Origin: Antedon mediterranea
Taxonomy: Eukaryota > Animalia > Echinodermata
Assembly: GCF_964355755.1 (NCBI RefSeq)
Contig: NC_092673.1
Coordinates: forward strand, 26,037,648-26,101,647
Direction: 5' to 3'
Length of the DNA: 64,000 bases
The stretch's first letter is position 1. Each line of letters starts with the position of its first letter. This document shows positions 26,627-39,965 of the stretch, one piece after another. The notes below the pieces were generated by a model, which worked only from the letters and a program-made list of their open reading frames with translations, did no database searches and was not told the origin of the DNA. The translations under genes and the position numbers were made by a program.

Positions 26627-27370
26627 TATGCTCGTCATTTCAACAATAAACACATCTCTAATGAATGATATAAGAAGGTCACTATTCCAGAATGATCTAT
26701 TATTTTAATTACAGCATAGTTTGTTGAGTGCAACTAATTAATAACAGCAATATAACATTTATAATGACAATGATGTATGTAACGCATTGTAACATATTCC
26801 TGAAGAAGGCCATATAGTCTGTGTATATACTCTTTAGGTTAGGATCTAGAGGATGTGTTGAATAATGAGAGGATGCGAAATGTGTACAAATGATATAAAG
26901 CAGTCCATTATTCAAACTTTCCATTCAAAGAGAATTTCGTCAAAAATGCCCCTGCAGATGCAAGCATGACGGTAGCTGGTGGTTTGCCGAAATAGTAGTA
27001 GTAGTAAGGAAATGCAAATTGCATTGTGGATTTATGCCATAATTTTTTTTTGCATAGTTTGAATATACAGTATTTATATCCAAATTTGAACTCAGATATT
27101 AAGACATAAAACTAAATAAGAAAACAAATGGCTCATGTGCAATTAATGTAATGTTGTTCGATTTATATAGCGCTTACAATCAAAAGATTGTCTGAAAGAG
27201 CTGAGAGAAAAAACATAAAGAAATTACAAAGAAAAAAGATGGGTTTTTAAGAGCATGGTGCATTTTTCGGATAGCATCCTACCAGTTAAATTACTTTGTT
27301 ACAGGAACCATACGAGTGGCCATACAGTATTCACAACAAAATGGGATAAAAATTAACTATTTAAACTTAC

Positions 27371-27495
27371 TGCTTTGAAACCTCTGTACATGACCTGAAG
27401 TTCTTGTTTGTTAAACTTGGTTGTCTTGCATAATTCATCAAGGCCTTCTGGTTTATACCTAGCAGCACTTAGGTCCATATCTTCTAACTCATTAT
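27371..27495 (-). CDS. KCNIP: KChIP first common core exon: (D)NELEDMDLSAARYKPEGLDELCKTTKFNKQELQVMYRGFKA
   Basis: ctttgtag|AT AAT GAG...AAA GCA|gtaagt. 125 nt, phase 1-0. KChIP motif PEGLxxLxxxTKFxxxELQxxYRGFK. Confidence 0.97.
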
Positions 27496-30400
27496 CTACA
27501 AAGTATGAAACAAATAATAAGTACTATAAAGCCCAACATTTTCACGGCCCTAAATTTTTGCGATTTTAAATTTTCAACTATTTCGCGACCTTTTATTTTC
27601 GCGATTTGAGTTTCTTATGTAATTTGTTGAACCAAATTGGCGAATGTATTTCACCTCCGCAAAGAACGTCAAACAAAAATTGAATAGTATTAGTAGTATT
27701 TCAAATGCTAGTTTGACACTAAAATTGCACTGGCAAATGAACTTAACATTATATTTGTCCTTGTACAGTATCATACTAAGTCTAAGATTCTCGTTAATTT
27801 TTTTTTAAATCCTGTATGTATAGTATATGAAGTCTTGTTTAGAGGTATATGTATTCATGATCTCAAGCCTGTCTGAAATTAATTGTGTAATAATAATAAT
27901 TAAATGTGAAAATAAAAATATATAAATCGTTAAATACTACAACCTCTTGTTGAAAGCGTGAATAATGTCCTTACAATTTGTTGCGATGCACTTACATTCT
28001 CTGTTTGATTTATATAATTTACAGCAAATAATTGAAAAAACCTTTCTATTATAAACAATGGCAAATCATAAAACACTTGCAATTAATGACATCCGAAATC
28101 AGATAAATGTGCACGAACACGCATAATAATCACATTGTAAATCAGGATAAAACTTGAAAACATTTACAGCTTCAATATGGGTAATGGTAACATTCTAAAC
28201 CAGATGTTTCTTAATGCAGTATTGCTTGGCCACAATAATAAAGGAAATAGCTAGTTACTCAAAGCAGTAAAATAAACAAAAGTGCATCTCGAATTATGGA
28301 GCACTAAACCCCAAAACCTCCAAATAGAAGATTTAAATGACACAATAAAAGAGTTTGCGAATGCAATCTCATTCATAGCCATGAGCGTAAGCTCAGTGGT
28401 CTAAAGGATATGAAGAGCAGGTTAGTGTTATGGAAGTTGTGAGTTCAAGTCCCACAAGAAAAGAACATGTGAATTAATTCATGATAACATTGATATACAG
28501 TAACGTCAAGAGGTAGGGTAAACAATCCGACCAATTAACTTAGCTCCCGCACGCAAGGTTACTTAATAGTTTATCAACATTCGAAAAAGCCTATAAAATT
28601 CAATACTTGTGTACATGCAATCTAAAACCTGCAAAGTAAATTGTTCTGCAATTAACAGATCATATGCCTGTGGTCTTGGATAGTTTTGCACAAACCTATC
28701 CAATTTATGAAAAATCACTTAAATATTCACCTCAAATTTTGTAAAAATATTTTAGCCTCATTTATCAATGTTTTCTGAAATTATCACTGCAAATCCTGAT
28801 ATTGCGATGTCCATATAGAAATATAAACTCGAAAACAAATGTTCAAAAGCATGTTGAATTTTTGCATGTTAGGATTATCACATTAACTTTGACCTCGGTC
28901 ATGAAGAGTTCAACCTAAATCAATTGAAACAGACAGAGCAGCTTTAATCCAATCATTTGAATTTAAAAATAAACTTTGTAACTCACAGCTATAAACAGCA
29001 TACATCATTTAACACAAATACAAACAAACATGACTAGATTTGGTTTTGATTCAGTTGAGCAATAAATGTGTTTAAAAAAAATTTGTCTTCTTTCTTTTGC
29101 TTGCTCTAAAAATGTCATTTGCATGGTAAATTTCAGAAAAAAAAGAAGTTTAAATGGTGAATGAAATTGGTATGGTTCGATTGAACTTAAAACAATACTT
29201 TGATTCAGATATAAGCCCACCTTCCCTTCCTCATTACTTAGATTCCACCCCTGACCCTTTCCCCTCCATAAATTTACTTTAAAAAAATATTGGGTTTAAG
29301 CATTGGTGACCCTCTATATAGCAAAATATCAGAAATTCCTCACACCTACATTATTATAGAACACCTGGTCATATCGGCCTATACATAATCCATTCAATTT
29401 TGAATTAAGAGCAATTAACTCCATCAGAACAAAAAATTCTCTTTCTATTTGTCAACACATGCCAAACTAAAGAAAATTCAAGTATTTAAATTAGAAAAAA
29501 AAATATACAGCAAATTGAGAGTATTATATACCACCAACAACCAGCTGCCATTCATATTGCAAAACATATGGTAGCCTGGTTGCTGGATGAACAATAAGAT
29601 AGCAATCAGCATATCTGTAAATGTCCTAAAATTGACAGTAAACATTAGTTGTTATAACAAACTAAATATGCTTTAACAACACATGTGGAAATAAATGGAC
29701 TCGTTGCCCCATTACCAGGCGTGACGTAGAAAGATGAGAGCAGGGGGCACAGCTGTTGATTGTTTGGTAATTACATGAGAGATTTTACAGTGGGAGTACT
29801 TTTAAGATTTGATTACAGACATTTTGTTAAAAGAATTTCATTTAATCTATCTACATTAACATTTCTTGCAGCCATAGGGTTATGCATTTATATTTCATAA
29901 TAATTATGCATCAAATTAATAAAGGCAATTACAGAATCTTTCCTAGTAAAAAATATAGTAAATGGTAGAGGACAATGTTAAAATAAACAAACTCATCAAG
30001 GGGTTTAAGAGTGGAGTAGGCTTTTGATCAGAAGAGCATGGAAATCGACCATTAAATAAGTCAAACTTGGGCTTATAGCATGAAAACAGCCTCTCAAAAC
30101 GTACATGTTGATGATTACAAATTGATATTACAAGCCATGTACATTGACGGATCACTTCTCATAAAATATCGTTGAATAAATTATTAGAAATTTATACTGA
30201 AACACAAACCCACAAATTGTGTATAAAATGATTGATACTGTGATACACATAGATATTATTATAATTAAACATTTTCCATTTGCAGTAAAACTGAATATGA
30301 ACTGAGAAATTACAAATGCTTTAAAAAACGTCACAGGTAGATGTCATGACTAACGTCAGTAGTCGTAAACGCACATCATAATGGGTTTTAAAAGGCATTT

Positions 30401-32028
30401 TAGCAGAGTTTTGCTCGTAAAGTACTTATAAACATTTATAATAGAGAACTACAGTCATTTCTGGCTATTCAAAACACGCAAATTAATAATACACACAGTG
30501 CACTTATTTGAATTTATAAATGTTGTGTTTTAACAAATTTAAAATTTAATCCCACAAACCAGATAAAGTTTTACAATCAAACATATTATTTGTTTTATTT
30601 CTATAAAATGTGTTTTTTTTTGTATAAAAAAATACTATCACAGTCTATTTAAATCAGGAGGTTATAGTGTCTTGACAGTAAAAAGCAGTCACCCATAGAT
30701 AAGCTTCAAAACAGACATAAAAATGTTATAGAACATAGTGCACACATTTGTAATCCTTGTGCAGTCTACATTATCACTGATTCTAAAGCATTTGATTCGG
30801 TTTGCAGTCGAAAGGCTTACACCCTCTGGGCTATCATCATATGTATTATTCCCTAGAAGGCAAAATATAATCTTTTAACACAGCTTGGAATAATCGTTTG
30901 CTTTAGCATTAAATTTGAAAAACTAAAGTTCTCAGAGGTATAATAGTCGCGGCATGTGTCATAGAACAATGCTAATTTATATGCATATATGGTCTATATA
31001 TATATTTATCTGTAGGCCTGTGTATAAATTTATTGCGAATAGGTCTATGATAATGTTTATCTAAATTCATTCTGCTTTTTTATTGTATGCTACAGTATCT
31101 GTTATGATAAAAAATATAAACCTAAACCTAATTAATTAGTCTTTCTATCTACAGTGTACAGTGTACTAAATTTGGAGTTTCTTGAAGGCAAATAAGTAAC
31201 TGAATGTAAAAGGGACAATAGTTTTTAAATAATTTTTATTTCATTGCATCCAAACATATAATTATATTTGGAATAATATTTTCAAAATATAATCTGATGT
31301 TGAATTTATTATAATTATAATCATATAAAAAAAATATATTTAATACAACTTCCATTAAAACAAACACAGTATTCATTTCATAGTTCCAAAGCCAAATTTA
31401 AAGGGGTCTATTTTTTTCAAAATTTAAAAAATTATATGAATCATATTATTTCAAAACATAATCTGAATGAGGAATATAAATTTGGATTAAATAACCCTAA
31501 TCAAAATGCTTTTGTATATATTTACAAATTTATTTTTTAAAGACATTTATAACTAATCTTCTAATACATAATAAATATTTTTTAAGGGCCTAATTATGAA
31601 AAAAATATATAAATTTTATGTAACACTATTATATAAATCTTCTTATAGTGTGAGTTGTTTATTAATACAGATGTTTTAGATGAAAGATACATAATACTGT
31701 ATTTAAACATATTTAAAAATAGCAACAACTAATAATTGGAATACCATATAATTTATAGCATTGTGAAATTATATTATATACTGAATTGTGCATTTAAATT
31801 TCTATCTTATGATTCAATCTTTTTTGTAAATACAAACCAAAATACTAATCCCATCCAAGTACAGGATAAAAGAACAATAATTAGATAAAACATGCCAAGC
31901 CGTATTACTAATTATTGGAGACATTTGAACCTAATATGTGATAGTTATTGAGATAATTACATAATATACTATACACAAGTTTTAAATCTCAAGTGTGATA
32001 TCCGTTACCTTTCCTGAAATGAACTCAC

Positions 32029-32053
32029 CAGGGTCGAAATCAGATACATTCAT
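32029..32053 (-). CDS. KCNIP: Candidate alternative first coding exon: MNVSDFDP(D)
   Basis: actATG AAT GTA TCT GAT TTC GAC CCT G|gtgagt. Strong donor, phase 1, matching the 27495 acceptor. Confidence 0.45.
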
Positions 32054-32079
32054 AGTGAAAACAGTCAAATTTATCTTAC

Positions 32080-32107
32080 CTTTCCGAATTGACAGTTTAA
32101 TTCCCAT
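32080..32107 (-). CDS. KCNIP: Candidate alternative first coding exon: MGIKLSIRK(D), N-myristoylation consensus
   Basis: gtgATG GGA ATT AAA CTG TCA ATT CGG AAA G|gtaaga. Phase 1. MGxxxS followed by basic residues. Confidence 0.65.
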
Positions 32108-33065
32108 CACGTTCAAATTGGGTGTGTGATTTTAGGATCAAGTCCCGTTGTTAATTCCAACGTAAAATTCAGTCAAGTCTAGCCTAAGGTTGTAGAGACA
32201 CATGCATATATACAGTGCTGACACGGTGTGTATGAATGTCGTCCGTTTGGTAGGCTTGGGTAATTGATGCTAGCTTTGTAGCAGGCTGCAATATGTTATT
32301 ATATGCAAGTTCCCCATGTGTATAGCAAGTACTGGAGTAGTTTATCTGCTAATCTCACAAACAATTGTCTAGGGTCCAAGTTGAGAGTAACCATATGATG
32401 ACAACAATCAATTTTCTATTTGAACTTTACTGCCTTCTTTAAAGTCTTTGCGCTTACCTTAGATTCGGCAAGCAGAATTACACGAGAATAACAACGAGAA
32501 TAAAATGCAAATATACTCATTCACGTTCAGTGATTATATTTCCGAGTACTGCTGAGGTGCGATCTGATCGTGAAATTAGATGGATTGGACTAATGCACAG
32601 ATTAAGCTCTATAGAACAATTGGGGGAGTTATAAATTAATGATTTTTTTTTTCAGCATTAAAATCTGTTCACGTTCTTGTAAATGACAATTAAATATTAA
32701 TCATCAAATTATCAATTCAAATATATAATCCATCAATAACACAACGATTAAACAAATAATCAATATTTATGGATTTAAAATATTCAGGATTATTTTTTAC
32801 TACAGTAATAATTTATAGTGTTATTAAATTTAGATTGAATTTTAATTTGACATAAATTAATTTCATAATTTAAAGTAATATTCACTAACTGATTTGCATA
32901 TACTAAACTTTAAACTTTACGTCAGAAATACTAAGAAAACAGATTGAATATTATGAAAGATTATATTTCAAAAGCTAATAAAATCCAAATGGTTTAAATA
33001 AAATCAATTTGTCTTCATAATTAATATATTTAATAAATCAAATTATTAAAACACTGTTGTGTGCA

Positions 33066-33179
33066 TTAGAACCTCTATTAAAGGGACACCTTCAGGACCA
33101 AAAAAAGTGTACCCTTAATATGGGTGGGTGGGGGGAGGGGGGGGGGGGGTGTGTATTTCAAAAGAGAGGTTCTACTGTA
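33066..33179. mobile_element. Small MITE remnant (Tc1/mariner-like ends)
   Basis: TAGAACCTCT ... AGAGGTTCTACTGTA inverted ends with a 3' CTG|TA. Confidence 0.5.
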
Positions 33180-34340
33180 TTTATAATTTGTAATGAAAGA
33201 AATTGTAACAACGTTAAGAACAATAGTTGTATGGAGTGACCTGGTCAAAATTTGATCTACTGGTCATTCCTTGTCTTACAGACTATAATGTATTGCCATT
33301 ATTTTTTTGTTTATGGCTAATAAAGAAATGAAATGAAAATTGTATAATACAATATATAAAACACAAAACAACCTTTAAAATATAAAATAAACTTTTTAAT
33401 AAATAAAGGCCTAATTATGGAAAAATAAATTTTAAAGAACCCTATTATATAAATCTTCCTGTAGTGTGATTTTTTTTTTTTTGTGGGTTATTAATAAAAA
33501 TAATATAAAAATATAATATATAAAACACAAAACAGCCTTTAAATAAACTCATTTATATATAATACCTGTAAATATATCTTCAACTCAAAATTCACAAGTT
33601 TGTCCTATTATCATCATTATCCTATCCTATGCTGATTGCGTTTTGGTGGGTTTTTTTCTGTGTATCACTTGTATAAGTTGAAAAACTATATTTTAATTAT
33701 ACTTCTTAAAATAATATTCCAAGTAATCAATTTAAAACTTTAGTAGACGTTTAAAAGGATGAATATGCACAGTTTCTATTGTAACCTTGATAAATGTATT
33801 ATATTAAAAATGATTTTGAATTATTTTGGTCATATTAGACAAAATTTGTTTATAAAATTTAAAATAAAAAGAAAAAAATCAGTGAGAATATTCAAAGTTT
33901 AAATCGGAAAAAATTTAGCCTACTTTCAAATGAAATACCTAATTAGGAATGGTTGTAATTACATAAACTAATTATGAAACCAATTAATTTGACTTAAGCA
34001 ATTGACAGACTATGTGAAAAGGAAAGGTAACCAATACTCCTTAGCTATCTTGTTTCTAATGAAAATAAATGTTAATTTAATTTTCAATCTGAATTTTACG
34101 ATGGTTTGATGCATTTTAATATAATATTTTAATGTACATCAATAAAATTTACAAAATGATAAGATGGACGAGGACAAAATATTTTCTCATTGCTCTTTGA
34201 ATTAATTAAGTAATGTAAGTTGTAATTTAACATATGTAATGTTATTAATCATATCCACTCATGACTTTATAACTAACATTTTTGTGAATAAAAAAAACTG
34301 CCTCAATGATAACTGATGTGATAGAACGCAGAACTTTTGA

Positions 34341-34610
34341 ACATGAAAAATGAAGATTAATAAAATCAGACTTTTAATAGGCCATTTTGCAATTTTAATG
34401 AAGTTTTTTACTTCTGTAGAAAAAAAAAATAAATTTGCTTATAAAACGAGAAACTAAACAGTTAATTTTTATCAAAAACTCATTGTCTGTCAATTTAAGT
34501 ATTTTTTCTTTAAATTACATTTTGTTCAGGTAAATATCTTTTTTTTTTATCCAGTTTTTGGTCAAAGTGAATAACTATCATGCGACATTAAAATGACATA
34601 TTCAACAAAT
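34341..34610 (+). mobile_element. Degenerate copy of the 24803 MITE, ends lost
   Basis: Shares ATGAAGATTAA..AAATCAGACTTT and TTCAGGTAAATA...TTTTTGGTCAAAGTG.ATAACTAT...ATTAAAATG.CATATTCAACAAA with 24830-25107. Confidence 0.7.
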
Positions 34611-35908
34611 TTTCTTTAAGGAATGGAAATTTAGTGGCGATATTTGCAATTTGTTTGGTTCTCTTTGTGGAGTATAAGCTAAATTGCGTGAGCAGAGTCG
34701 ATCAACATACCACTGAAAATTGATATGCAATGCAATTTGATGAATTCCTGAGTAATCCTTGTATTAATAAGAACAATAATTAAAGCAATTAATTTCTAAA
34801 TTGCCAATTTACTAATAATGATTCTCCTAATGGAATTACTGTAGTTATTAGATATTTTATGCAAATTAAATCAAAGTCATCTATTCTATAATATGGGAAT
34901 GTTTAACACAAAAAACACAAGTTTGTTAATAAATTACAGGTATTTTGTATTTACATCAAAATTCAAATTGGAGACTTTTATTAGTATACACAGTAATAAT
35001 TTATTTCATCGTTATCGTAGTTTGTATTATATTACAAACGTAATAGTGTAGTTGGGTAGGACAATTGACTATCATACAGAAAGACCTGGGTTCAATTCCC
35101 AGTAGGCCTACACTTGGTTTCCTAATAATATCGTCATCAATTGTTTTTTATGAAATTAGCATAAAGTTTTGTAACATACTAAACTCTTTGGTAACTTTGC
35201 AAGCTGTACCAGCACAAAATGTTTAACAACAAAATATATAAATTAAGCAGAATACTGAAGGTCACCGAAAAATACAAGAATTCAGTAAAAACAAAATTAT
35301 ATGGATTAGCTTGTTTCTAGGTGTGTATAATTACAACCAGTATACAGAAAAAAAGCTAAATCCAATAACTAATAATCGATTCTTAAATGATGTAGGCTAG
35401 TAAATGAAGGACATTGTAAATGTTTATTAAGCTTTTGTTTTAAGGGTAAATATTTTTCAAGGCTATATTTAATGAAAAACAAAACAATGGTTTTTTGATA
35501 TTTTTTTTTGTGTGGATATTTTCTGATATATTTCTTGAAATGCTATATTTTATCTTTATGTGCTACTTGGTAAGAAGGTTAGACAGGCTCTTTTCATAGG
35601 GATTTAATTCCCTTTTGTGTTTCCTGCCACTTACTTTGTAGTTTTGTTGTTCTAATTGACAATAAAGAATAAGAATAAAAACAAAGATACCCAAATGCAA
35701 AAGTGAGAGAGGAAGATAAGATAGATAAATCAAGAAAATATAAACTAAGATGGGAGTATCAGTGATCCAGAAACAATTATCAATGACAATCCTAGATTTG
35801 TAAAATATATAAGCAAAAATACATAGCATATTAAGGAAGAAGAAATCTTTAAATTATTTAATATCTTTAAACTTACAACCTCTCCACAAACCTAATAGTT
35901 ACCATGGA

Positions 35909-35912
<4 letters not shown>

Positions 35913-35948
<36 letters not shown>

Positions 35949-36190
35949 AATCCAAAGGCAAATTACTGGAAAAAATGACAATGTTGTGGAACATGGAACA
36001 TATATATACAATAATATTTATATAAATCCAAAGCCAAATTACTTGAAAAAATAGCAATTTTGTGGTGTATCAATGGCTGGAATGGTGGAGAATGGTGGAA
36101 AATCTCAATAAAAACGAAGTAAAAGTAAAACACTCAGCCAGAAAGAAAGTGCTAAGCTTTCAGATAACACTATTCTTTCATCAGGGCTAA
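35913..36190 (-). mobile_element. Penelope-like element fragment (partial tandem) next to (TA)n, with a minimal hammerhead core
   Basis: Reverse-oriented relative of 37864 and 46771. Minus strand reads CTGATGA-AAGAATAGTGTTATCT-GAAA-GCTTA. Confidence 0.6.
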
Positions 36191-36389
36191 TATTTATATG
36201 CCTACAGAATCCAACTACGGTATGAAGGAACATTTGGTATGAAATTTGGAACAAACACAGTTTGAAGTGATATGAGCCACCTCAAAAAAAGAAGATACCA
36301 TAGTAGCTAGGCGGTAACATTTAGCATGATATGATACCAAGGAGATACTTAAATTAATAAGTCTTATGTACTTAAAAATGTATATTTAC

Positions 36390-36426
36390 CCTTATTCCAT
36401 TGACAGCACCAGCGAAACAGAAACAT
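36390..36426 (-). CDS. KCNIP: Candidate alternative first coding exon: MFLFRWCCQWNK(D), di-Cys palmitoylation type
   Basis: atcATG TTT CTG TTT CGC TGG TGC TGT CAA TGG AAT AAG G|gtaaat. Phase 1, with an in-frame stop upstream of the ATG. Confidence 0.6.
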
Positions 36427-37863
36427 GATGTTGATCTTAAGGCACAAAAACTAACTCCTTTGTAAAAAAAGCACCATCACCATCGGACATAAATAACACG
36501 ACAACAAATATCCACAAAAACACGAACTGTATTTTCACATGGTCTAAAATAATAGTCTAAATGCGGTTCTAGGAGACAGACTGCAACAAGTTGGTGTTAT
36601 AGCCAAAATGACCGAGTCAGCACAAAGAAATGCCTATGATCTGTGCCGTTTGAAGTAACCTGCTAAATTTTGCATTTAGTAGAGATATAACCATATCCAA
36701 TGAAGTTGATGTATTCTGAACCATTGTTTAGCCTCGAGAAATATACTATGATAAGCTGGCTGAGACAGGTTATCAAGTACCCTGTGTTTCAAAGTCAACA
36801 AAGAGGCTTAATGAAGACGGAATAAATCACTGCTAGCACGTGGCTAGCAAAAAAGTGAACTTTAATCAATAACAACAATGATCTATTATTTAGTGTGATA
36901 CAAAAACATAGCTGTTGCGTTTATAATATCATTATTATACTATTCCATATCTTATAATCCAGCTCTTTTTATACTTGGTATATTATCCCATTTTGAAGGT
37001 TGTTGTAACGATGCGTAACCAGGTATACCACAAACTACATTGATTTATTCAATGGATCTCTCTAGAGACAAACCGATGATATCATCAACTATCTATTACC
37101 GTGCCTACGTTCATAGTGGCCTCTTCCTACAAGTGGCTAAATTAAATCATAAACATGGCTCTCAAAACATGCTGGTACTACATTAAAACCACGTATTAAA
37201 AGAATGACGATGGCAAGCAAATCACAATAATAATCGACTGGTATATAGTTACTTAAAACAGTTGAGCATCCGGATTTTATTACAATATAATTACTTTGTA
37301 CATTAGTCATAAGAGACTCATCATTTTGAAGTAAAATTACTACGAATGTGTGAATAAATTTGAATATATATACACTTGATAAAAATGATTAACATACTAT
37401 ACAAATTATTTCCTGAAAAAAAACATGTAAATATGAAATAAAATTAAAATTTGTAGCTTTAATTTAGATTTTAAACAACTCATGTATATTTATAATATGC
37501 ATTTTATTTTCATTTGTGTGCAATTTTCAGATGAAATTCTAAAATTAAGGCGTACAAAATACATACATGACAAATACTAATTTCATTAAAATAGTACAAA
37601 TAAAACCAAAGAACATGAATTATTCATTATTTGTTTTACAACACACCTACTATTCTAGTTGTAAATAATGAATGTGATCAAAATGTATTTTAACAATAAA
37701 CAATATTGTTTACGATTAAAATATTAAATATTAAATATGATACATATTAATAACAAGTTTAAGTAATATGTTTTTTTATCAGACAGAATTTGGATACAAA
37801 TATTTGTTATCAAAAAGTGTTTTATAGACCACAACATAAAATGGTCTATAATATATAGATACA

Positions 37864-38038
37864 CTGATAAAGGACTAGTGTTACCCGAAAGCTCTGCCAA
37901 CTTTTCTGGCTGTTTTACTTCTCGTTTTGATTTAGCTTTTCGCTTTTATTTTGTATCACCATTGAGATCCAGCCACAGCATTGTCATTTTTTCAGTAATT
38001 TGCCTTTGGATTTATATATATATATATATATATATATA
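37864..38038 (+). mobile_element. Penelope-like element fragment ending in (TA)n
   Basis: CTGATAAAGGACTAGTGTTACCCGAAAGCTCTG...TTTGCCTTTGGATT(TA)n, highly similar to 46771-46992. Confidence 0.65.
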
Positions 38039-39588
38039 CACTGTATAAGTATAAACATAATAACTCACCCACTAATAATGGAATAATCCAAATTTAACTA
38101 ACCAATTAAAAGTATTCAAAAACTTTTTGTAACTATTGAGGGCAGTAGACATATAAAAAGAACTAAGTCATAAAGAAGGTGTAAGATTTAAATTGATATA
38201 GAGGGCAGTAAATCATTATTGATGTTACAAATTGTTGTGATGATTTAGACAATATAGTATTAAAATTTACATGAACTGATATGAATATGCAAAAATAGAG
38301 TGTAAATAAAAAAAGAATTATACAGTCCATGTAAAATATGTAAATGTGCTTCAAGTCATTAAAGAACTATTTGGACACAATATTTCAGGAGAAACACCTA
38401 CAAAAATCAAAATACAGCTTGTAATATATTTATTATTTTCAATAAAGTTCAACAGCGGGAAACCCGCCACTAACAGAATGGATTAAAAATATAAAATATG
38501 TTTAATATATTTAGCAAAAGATACAAAATATTCAAAAACATCAAAAAACAATGTTGGTGTATGTGTGCAGTAAATAGGCATTCACATAATGCCTGAAACT
38601 ACATACATTAGTCAAGTATTTAGGATGCCAATGGATTTTATGACATAGGGAAGTGCAAGGGAATGTCTTAACTCTTAGCCCGATTTTGAATGTAAAAGCT
38701 ATTAACAACATTGTAACATTAGTATAATGGATGTCACACGAGGCAAGTCAGTCAACATTTGTATGTACATAGCTGGGACTTTAATGTCGCTGATTTCCTT
38801 ACCAATCAATAGCCTCCATTCTAACATTACATTAAAAACAACTGATGTGAAGATTTAACATAGCATAGCTATGCGGTTAGATCAATAATGTGCATTCTGA
38901 ATGTATAGAGTATGGCCATGGAGGTATGACATAGGTCACACTTTGACATGGTTTAATAATCCTGATTCACTTCACACATTACCTAATAACCTAAATAGGT
39001 TTCTATTAAAATATTTTACCCCAATGCCATATTATGAGAACATTTGACTGTAATGGCATGTAACAGTAACAAGAGCCACATATATTTGGTTCATCAAAAT
39101 TAAGACAGAATATTCATAGGATATTAATAACCAATATCAACCTATTTATTGTTTCCTCTTTCCTAGAGGGTTAGGTTTATACCAATGTGTTTACAATAGG
39201 ATCAAAACATTCATTCCTTATATATATGGCCCAATCCCGTCATGACAGACGATAACCTCATGTCCAAAATATTATTAACGAAGCTAAGTACTTCTCTGCT
39301 ACGGATGAGTTCTGTTGGGTAAAAATAACACTACAAAACAGAACAAACTTCAACAAAAGTTCGCTAAAGATTGATAACTTTAACCAAACATAACATTCTT
39401 GTAATATTTTAGCCATAGACAATGAGTCCCAGACATGTCCAGTTTGTTGTCAGCTGTACAGCTACCACATAACTGAAGTTTAAAGACCCGTAGAAATCAA
39501 TATTACTACTTGCTATGATTCAATTAGATTTAAAGCAACAAACAGGGAGAAAATCATCTTGCTTTCAATGTGCATAGGATAAACATAC

Positions 39589-39637
39589 CATGAAAAGCAA
39601 TCCGAGGACAAGTTGGGGATATTCTCAATCTAAACAT
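39589..39637 (-). CDS. Weaker candidate alternative first exon: MFRLRISPTCPRIAFH(D)
   Basis: actATG...CAT G|gtatgt. Phase 1, same donor hexamer as two core exons. No homology support. Confidence 0.3.
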
Positions 39638-39965
39638 AGTACAGCAGTTTTTATAATTATCCACATGACGATGCACTGTGAATTGACATGCTTCTGTGAT
39701 TGGATAAACAAACTTGGGTACTCATCTCATTATATTTTAACTACAGAGGGCGGTATTTTAATTTAGAAACAACATCAACTGCATTATATACTGTAGTATG
39801 GATTTAAAGCATGCTTTCATAATTAAATCAGATTGAATGCCAATCTACTTGATAAATGTCACTAATAGATAATTATACTGTGATAATAAACTATACTACT
39901 AAACTAATGGAGAATTGAAATAACACGATCAATGATAAAGATTCAAGCAAAAAGAAATTGTATAT

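Noticed and set aside
28378-35105. tRNA-like stretches at ~28380-28455 and ~35043-35105
   Set aside because: They have A/B-box-like motifs but no intact cloverleaf, so they are degenerate SINE heads rather than tRNA genes.
35563-35829. 88-aa hydrophobic ORF with an internal GTAAGT donor, considered as a KChIP4a-like transmembrane first exon
   Set aside because: The donor is phase 0 in that frame and incompatible with the phase-1 core acceptor. The phase-1 frame has a stop. Hydrophobicity is explained by T-rich composition.
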